Shown here piece after piece: positions 26,294 through 32,000 of a stretch of 32,000 nucleotides of DNA. The stretch spans positions 1,647,035 to 1,679,034 of the forward strand of contig NZ_CP156660.1 of assembly GCF_039851975.1 (NCBI RefSeq), given 5' to 3'. This DNA is from Desulfoscipio sp. XC116 (GTDB lineage: Bacteria > Bacillota > Desulfotomaculia > Desulfotomaculales > Desulfallaceae). The notes beneath the pieces are model-generated. The model was not told where the DNA came from. It ran no database searches and was given only the letters and a program-made list of their open reading frames with translations. Within the stretch, counting starts at the first letter, position 1. The number at the start of each line of letters is the position of its first letter. The translations under genes and the position numbers were made by a program.

Positions 26294-27376
26294 TTAGATA
26301 GTGTACCTTAGCACCTTATTCATATATTGAGTCATTTGGTTGTGGATATGGCGTATGTTGTCAGGAATTACTTCATCATTTTTTAATATAATAGTGCTTT
26401 TTATTGTTAAATTAAGCTTTTTTATATCGTATAATGCAGTAAAGCAATCCTCCGATACGGAAAATGAATAAAAGTTTGGCTCCTTATTAAAGGATAGCCG
26501 GCTAATTAGATATTCCGGTGGTATTAAAATGTTTTCTGCCGTATGCGTTATGGTTAAATCTTCAAGGCCCAACAAATTGTGCAGGTGTTCTATTAAACCG
26601 GCGGTAAATATTTGAGGATCGGTTAATTCAATGCTGCACAATATTTCACGCCGGTCGGTTTTTTGTTTAAATTCTATGTGGCCTGCCGCACCATAGTCTA
26701 ACAGGTACGAGTCGGTGGTTTGACGGTAAATGACCGGGGCAAGCCGCTGGTTGATAAATTCTGCCCACCCGGCACCGGGCAAGGGCAGATAGGCTTGGAT
26801 AATCGGACCGGTAATTTGGGGCCGCAAAGGCGGCCTGATAAATTCGGGGCTGAGGGGTTCTATAAGCCGTCCTATGGACACTTGATCAATGCAAACCCCG
26901 CAGTTATACCGGCTATCCCTGAAGTGAGAATTAAATTTAATGCGGGCTGTGATTATGCCCCCTTGTACGGCTAATTCGGCATTGGCCAGCACAGCCACAT
27001 CCCGGGAACGCCATTCTGCCATCCTGATGCCCAGCAGTTCACCACGCTCCATGTCCAAATGGTTGAGCTCGTGCAAATGGGGTAGTATTAGTGTTGGCTC
27101 ATAGCTTTTAGCGGTGACAATGATTTTCATGTCGGATACGGGTTCATGCAGCTGACCTGCGGCATTGATAGGTTTTACGGAGAATAACAGCGGTACGATG
27201 CGTTCGGCCCATGCCGGTGATTTAATTTTAAACAGCAGGTAATTGTCGGTAATATGTAGAACCAGTCCGGGAACAGATATTTCCTCTCCTGTTGCCTGTA
27301 GCTGTGGCTCGGCGGATAAAAGCGTTAAAATTATATTTTTTTTATCTATTTGCTTTGTGAAAATTTCAATCAGCAT
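26294..27376 (-). CDS. Conserved-looking protein of unknown function in the VWA/MoxR locus
   Basis: 360-aa ORF 37 nt upstream of the VWA gene and divergent from the MoxR gene; no family recognised. Confidence 0.75.
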   Translation of the reverse strand: MLIEIFTKQIDKKNIILTLLSAEPQLQATGEEISVPGLVLHITDNYLLFKIKSPAWAERIVPLLFSVKPINAAGQLHEPVSDMKIIVTAKSYEPTLILPHLHELNHLDMERGELLGIRMAEWRSRDVAVLANAELAVQGGIITARIKFNSHFRDSRYNCGVCIDQVSIGRLIEPLSPEFIRPPLRPQITGPIIQAYLPLPGAGWAEFINQRLAPVIYRQTTDSYLLDYGAAGHIEFKQKTDRREILCSIELTDPQIFTAGLIEHLHNLLGLEDLTITHTAENILIPPEYLISRLSFNKEPNFYSFSVSEDCFTALYDIKKLNLTIKSTIILKNDEVIPDNIRHIHNQMTQYMNKVLRYTI

Positions 27377-27441
27377 AATGACCTCCGTGTAGTAACGGGT
27401 TTTTAAGTTTTTAAAAATATTTTATCACCTGAGGAGTATCT

Positions 27442-28464
27442 ATGAATAGAGTTAATGATTTTTTTAAAAGTGTTGAAAGTGTCATGGATGGTTTGCTAAC
27501 CCAGAAATATATTATAGATAGAAGGATTGCTACCACAGTCTATTTGGCCGGGCGGCTGGAGAAACCACTGCTGATTGAGGGTCCGGCCGGAGTGGGTAAA
27601 ACCGGTCTGGCCGGTGCTATAGCGATGGCCGGGCAAACTGAACTGATCAGGCTGCAGTGCTACCCCGGATTGGATGAAAGTAAAACTCTTTATGAGTGGA
27701 ACTATCAAAAACAGTTATTGCACATTCAAATGCATGGCAGCGATTGCGATATTTTTTCCACTGATTTTCTATTGGAAAGGCCTTTGCTTAAAGCTTTTCG
27801 GGCTAAATGTCCGGTAGTATTGCTGGTGGATGAGATAGATAAAGGTGAGGAAGAACTGGAAAGTTTTTTGTTGGAGGCATTATCGGAATTTCAGGTTAGT
27901 ATACCCGAATTTGGACTTATCAGGGCGACACATAAACCTTATGTAGTGATTACCAGCAACAGTACAAGGGAATTGGGGGACGCGTTAAAGCGCAGGTGTT
28001 TATATCTTTACCTGACTTACCCTGATGCCGCTCGGGAACAAGTTATTTTAAATTTAAAGGTACCCGGTATATCGCGTCACCTGGCCGGACAAATCGTTGA
28101 TTTTGTGCAAAGATTACGCAAAATGAAAATAAAAAAATCACCTAGTATCACCGAAACCATTGATTGGGCCAGGACATTGCTATTATTGGGTCGGGACAGG
28201 CTTGACGAGCAGATGGTCCGTCATACCTTAAATGTGCTGTTAAAGTATGAGGAAGATATTGAGCAGGCCGATCGGCAGGCAGGCGGTCTTCTGTCCTCGG
28301 TTGCGAAATCCGGGTCGGTGGCCGGCGAAATTGATCCGGATGGAAGCAGCAATCAATCGATAGTCGAGAAAACTTGTGCTGCCGGGCTTTCTTCTGAAAT
28401 AACTCCGGATAATTGTGGGCCCGGACAAACAGAAGACCCCGTGTTGGCCAGATTTGACTTTTAA
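27442..28464 (+). CDS. MoxR-family AAA+ ATPase (CoxD-like)
   Basis: 340-aa ORF; Walker A GPAGVGKTGLAGAI, Walker B VVLLVDEIDKGEEELESFLLEALSE, ITSNSTRELGDALKRRCLYLYLTYP. The only confident plus-strand gene. Confidence 0.93.
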   Translation: MNRVNDFFKSVESVMDGLLTQKYIIDRRIATTVYLAGRLEKPLLIEGPAGVGKTGLAGAIAMAGQTELIRLQCYPGLDESKTLYEWNYQKQLLHIQMHGSDCDIFSTDFLLERPLLKAFRAKCPVVLLVDEIDKGEEELESFLLEALSEFQVSIPEFGLIRATHKPYVVITSNSTRELGDALKRRCLYLYLTYPDAAREQVILNLKVPGISRHLAGQIVDFVQRLRKMKIKKSPSITETIDWARTLLLLGRDRLDEQMVRHTLNVLLKYEEDIEQADRQAGGLLSSVAKSGSVAGEIDPDGSSNQSIVEKTCAAGLSSEITPDNCGPGQTEDPVLARFDF

Positions 28465-28540
28465 GCCCGTGACTATAGACTAGGCCGGGAAAAAGCTCCC
28501 TGGAAAGATAAGATAATCTGCCTGTTCCGGAGATGGATTT

Positions 28541-28954
28541 TCAATCGCTGATAATTTTAATAAACAGTTTACGTTTGCGAGGGCCGTCAAATTCGCAAAA
28601 GAATATACGCTGCCAGGTGCCCAGCAGTGGTTTACCCCCGCTTAATAGCACGGTTTTGCCCGTACCGGCCAGGAAAGTCTTAATATGGGCATCTGAATTT
28701 CCTTCCAGATGGGTATACCCGCCGCTATTGGGAATTAGCTTGTTTAAGTGTGTCAGTATATCGTAAATAACGCTGGGATCGTGTCCTTCATTAATAGTTA
28801 CACCGGCGGTGGTATGCGGCACATAAATATGGCATACTCCTTCGGCTGCCTTGCTTTTATTAATCAGCAGGCGGATGTCGTCAGTGATATCGATAAATTG
28901 TTCCCGCTTGGCAGACTTGATTTCCAGTACATGATAATTAGCCATACTTTTCAT
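28541..28954 (-). CDS. yjbQ: YjbQ/UPF0047 family protein
   Basis: 137-aa ORF; HVPHTTAGVTINEG, GNSDAHIKTFLAGTGKTVLLSGGKPLLGTWQRIFFCEFDGPRKRKL. Confidence 0.92.
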   Translation of the reverse strand: MKSMANYHVLEIKSAKREQFIDITDDIRLLINKSKAAEGVCHIYVPHTTAGVTINEGHDPSVIYDILTHLNKLIPNSGGYTHLEGNSDAHIKTFLAGTGKTVLLSGGKPLLGTWQRIFFCEFDGPRKRKLFIKIISD

Positions 28955-29015
28955 CTCCCGTAAATAAATAACCTGCCGGTTGGGGCAGGCTATTTTATGG
29001 ATAGGTATTAGTCGG

Positions 29016-29657
29016 TTATAGGCTTTGGGCAGCCCTAAAGCCCAGGTTAAAGGTTAGTATTTCTAATTTGACGGACAAATCCACATTGCGTATTTCTATT
29101 TCATCAGGTACGTTTATTGCTACCGGGGCGAAGTTCAAAATAGCCTGCACACCATTTCTAACCATCGTATCAGCCACTTCTTGCGCTGCGCTGGTGGGTA
29201 CGGCAATTACCCCGATGCGAATGTTTTCCCTTTGGGCTATTTTAGGGAACTGGGTCAGGGGCTGTACCATCAGATCACCGATTCTTTTACCAATTCTGGT
29301 AGAGTCATTATCAAACACGCCGGATATATGAAAGCCCCGGACGTTGAAACCCCGGTACGTACATAGTGCAAAACCCAGATTGCCGGCTCCCACGATGGCC
29401 AGTGACCATTCTTGATCTAAACCGAGTATCTTAAGTGTATATTTCATCAAGTCTTTGACATTATAGCCCACGCCCCGGGTACCGAACTCGCCAAAATACG
29501 CCAGATCCTTGCGGACTTGGGCCGGACTTACCCCCACTCCCTCGGCTATCTCACCCGACGAAACCGTGGTAATACCGTTTCTGTCCAACCTTTCCAGGAA
29601 CCTGGAGTAGATGGACAGTCTGGTCACAGTTGCTTCCGGAACCCGTAAAGTTTTCAA
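29016..29657 (-). CDS. rex: Redox-sensing transcriptional repressor Rex
   Basis: 213-aa ORF; winged-helix N-terminus ([25 protein letters not shown]), Rossmann region [13 protein letters not shown], and [25 protein letters not shown]. Confidence 0.96.
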   Translation of the reverse strand: MKTLRVPEATVTRLSIYSRFLERLDRNGITTVSSGEIAEGVGVSPAQVRKDLAYFGEFGTRGVGYNVKDLMKYTLKILGLDQEWSLAIVGAGNLGFALCTYRGFNVRGFHISGVFDNDSTRIGKRIGDLMVQPLTQFPKIAQRENIRIGVIAVPTSAAQEVADTMVRNGVQAILNFAPVAINVPDEIEIRNVDLSVKLEILTFNLGFRAAQSL

Positions 29658-29795
29658 TTATGTCACCTCCGCTTTCTTTGTATTTATATATAGCACTAAG
29701 GCAACTTAATTATATCGCAAATTTTTAGATATAACTCTTTACACGGTGCTATGTTATTGCTATAATAAAATGTTTTATTGATAATGTTATTAAAT

Positions 29796-29826
29796 TCACA
29801 TGATATAGATAATTTATATCATGTGA
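29796..29826. repeat. Perfect 12-bp inverted repeat upstream of rex
   Basis: TCACATGATATA-GATAATT-TATATCATGTGA. Confidence 0.8.
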
Positions 29827-30166
29827 CTTCATTTATGTCAAATGGCTTCTTCTTTAACGGACTTTTTTGGGGTTTAAGATTAATTTTGGGGTGTTAAATG
29901 GGTGTTAATCAGTGTAGTCCGTTCCGGTTTGATCAAGAACAAGCCCTTTTTTGCGCATGAATAACAGTGAACGGCACGGCCGGGTTTCCCGGACAGTGCC
30001 GCATAATACATACTCCTGTGTACAAAACAAAGTAGAACTTTTCCCGTATTGGGTAACCGGATATACATATCGGGAACGGTTGTTTCGGTATACCGTTTCT
30101 GACATGCTAAACTGTAATCGGCATATCAGGTGTGGTAATGCGGTTCTGCCCGATACCATTTATTGT

Positions 30167-31477
30167 TTACTTTTTTATTTCCTTAAATACTGCTCGAGCG
30201 GCTTCGATGGTATAGTCGATTTGTTCATCGGTATGGGCCAAGGACATAAAGGCAGCTTCAAACTGGGAAGGTGCCAGGTAAACGCCTTTCTGCAGCATGC
30301 CCGCAAAGAATTCGGCAAACTGTTTCGTATCGGACTGGGATGCCGAATCGAAATCGGTTACGGGTTCATTGGTGAAGAATGTGCATAGCATGGACCCCAC
30401 CCGGTTAAAGGTAAGCTCCAGCCCCGCATCCGCAGCTGCTTGCCGCAAGCCCCGATCCAGGCGGGCCGATTTTCGTTCCAGAGTGTCGTAAACCCCCGGC
30501 CGGCGCAACAGCTCCAGTGTGGCTATACCGGCCGTTACCGCCAGCGGGTTGCCCGACAATGTGCCGGCTTGGTAGATTGGCCCGGCCGGGGCCACCGCGG
30601 ACATAATTTCTTTTTTCCCTGCGTAGGCGCCAACGGGCAGTCCCCCGCCGATTATTTTACCCAGGCATGTGATATCGGGCTCAACGTCATACAGTACCTG
30701 GGCGCCGCCATAAGCCACTCGAAAGCCTGTCATTACCTCGTCTATAATGAGCAGGGCTCCGTGCCGGGCAGTTAGCTTACGCAAACCCGCCAGAAAACCG
30801 GGCGCCGGGGGAATTACCCCCATGTTGCCGGCCACCGGCTCCACGATTACCGCGGCAATATCTTCTCCCACCTGACAAAAAATATCCTGCAATGTTTCCA
30901 GGTCGTTAAATGGCGCGTTAATGGTATGTTCCGCCGTGCTCGCGGGTACGCCCGGACTTGTGGGAACGCCCAGGGTTAAAGCACCGGATCCCGCCTTGAT
31001 TAACAGAAAATCGGCGTGTCCGTGGTAGCAGCCGGCGAATTTGATAATTTTATTACGGTTGGTGTAGCCCCGGGCTAATCTGATGGCGCTCATGGCGGCC
31101 TCAGTACCCGAGTTTACCAGCCTGACCATATCCATAGCGGGCAGAGCGTCAACAATCATTTTAGCCAACACGGTTTCCAGCTCGGTAGGGGCACCAAAAC
31201 TGGTGCCTATTTCCAGGCAATTTTGCAGTGCTTTAACTACCTCCGGGTGCCGGTGGCCGAGTACCAGCGGGCCCCAGGAACCCACGTAATCAATATATGT
31301 ATTGCCGTCGACGTCGGTTAGCACGGCTCCCTCGCCTTTTGTTATAAATACAGGCGTTTTACCCACGGATTTAAAGGCTCGCACCGGGCTGTTAACGCCG
31401 CCGGGGATATACCTTGCGGCTTCTTCATACAATTGTGCTGATTTGTTAAATCCATTATGCATAGGATCACCGTCCAA
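30167..31477 (-). CDS. hemL: Glutamate-1-semialdehyde 2,1-aminomutase
   Basis: 436-aa ORF; [73 protein letters not shown]. Confidence 0.97.
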   Translation of the reverse strand: MDGDPMHNGFNKSAQLYEEAARYIPGGVNSPVRAFKSVGKTPVFITKGEGAVLTDVDGNTYIDYVGSWGPLVLGHRHPEVVKALQNCLEIGTSFGAPTELETVLAKMIVDALPAMDMVRLVNSGTEAAMSAIRLARGYTNRNKIIKFAGCYHGHADFLLIKAGSGALTLGVPTSPGVPASTAEHTINAPFNDLETLQDIFCQVGEDIAAVIVEPVAGNMGVIPPAPGFLAGLRKLTARHGALLIIDEVMTGFRVAYGGAQVLYDVEPDITCLGKIIGGGLPVGAYAGKKEIMSAVAPAGPIYQAGTLSGNPLAVTAGIATLELLRRPGVYDTLERKSARLDRGLRQAAADAGLELTFNRVGSMLCTFFTNEPVTDFDSASQSDTKQFAEFFAGMLQKGVYLAPSQFEAAFMSLAHTDEQIDYTIEAARAVFKEIKK

Positions 31478-31578
31478 TTAAGATAATACTGCACCATACT
31501 TGTCGAACACCGGGCCATTTACCATATGCGACATGCTTTTCCCGGCGGCCCGGCTTTTGACCATAAAGAAGCCGGCAC

Positions 31579-32000
31579 CTAGTCAATAAAATATTGCATG
31601 CTGCTCTTTTTTAGCTCGGTAGTGCTAAACAATAGTTTATAATTACTTACGCCCACTTTTTCAGCCATTACGGCAGCTAATTGTTTACATTGATTCTGTG
31701 TGTGTCCGTGAATAACGGTAAATACGGTGTATGGCCAGCCGGGCCGCCGGGGGCGCTGGTAACAGTGAGTTACTTCGGTAAACCCGGCCAACTGCCGCCC
31801 AATGTCGGCGGCCCGTTCTTCCGGTGCGTCCCACACCACCATGGCATTGGCGGTGTAACCCAGGTCCTGGTGGCGCAGGGCTGCCCCAAAACGGCGAATC
31901 ATGCCATTACTTATCATTTCTTTTATTTTAATCATTAATTCATTTTCTGACAGACCAATTCTTTGGGCTATAGCCAAGTATGGTCTTTCCACTAGGGGCA
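31579..32000 (-). CDS. ahbB: Siroheme decarboxylase subunit, AhbB/NirL-like (N-terminus outside window)
   Basis: ORF open to the window edge (PLVERPYLAIAQRIGLSENELMIKIKEMISNGMIRRFGAALRHQDLGYTANAMVVW.., HCYQRPRRPGWPYTVFTVIHG), next to hemL. Confidence 0.82.
   Translation of the reverse strand, partial: PLVERPYLAIAQRIGLSENELMIKIKEMISNGMIRRFGAALRHQDLGYTANAMVVWDAPEERAADIGRQLAGFTEVTHCYQRPRRPGWPYTVFTVIHGHTQNQCKQLAAVMAEKVGVSNYKLLFSTTELKKSSMQYFID

Noticed and set aside
29880-30159. ORFs 29880..30068 and 29905..30159 between rex and hemL
   Set aside because: Overlapping frames over a GC-rich hairpin, no family features; treated as non-coding.
1-32000. CRISPR array, prophage, restriction or toxin-antitoxin defence system
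   Set aside because: No regularly spaced direct repeats, cas-like, integrase, methyltransferase or TA-like proteins were seen on reading the ORF set; the region is core anaerobic metabolism.

Overview
32 kb chromosomal window from an anaerobic, Clostridia/Peptococcaceae-like Firmicute (taxonomy inferred). Nearly all genes are on the minus strand. It holds a Wood-Ljungdahl carbonyl-branch cluster (cooC/acsF-like, acsA/cooS, acsB, acsC, cooC-like, acsD, acsE). Downstream are an electron-transfer module resembling FlxABCD-Hdr (a 1473-aa HdrA-GltD-HdrA fusion, flxD/mvhD-like, flxC, flxB, flxA, HdrD-like) and a methylene-THF reductase set (decayed hdrA, mvhD-like, metV, metF). The strongest observation is that BOTH mvhD/flxD-like genes are broken in the ORF track by a single in-frame UGA, best read as selenocysteine. 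Each UGA aligns with a conserved Cys that is present as Cys in the other paralogue, and each is followed by a stem-loop whose apical loop begins exactly 21 nt downstream of the UGA. A degenerate hdrA remnant with a large internal deletion precedes the first of these genes. The rest of the window contains an alkaline-phosphatase-superfamily-like membrane protein lacking obvious metal-ligand motifs, tRNA-Leu, a small ferredoxin, a four-tRNA array with an inserted perfect palindrome, a VWA/unknown/MoxR locus, yjbQ, rex, hemL and a partial ahbB-like gene. No CRISPR array, rRNA or intact transposase was found.
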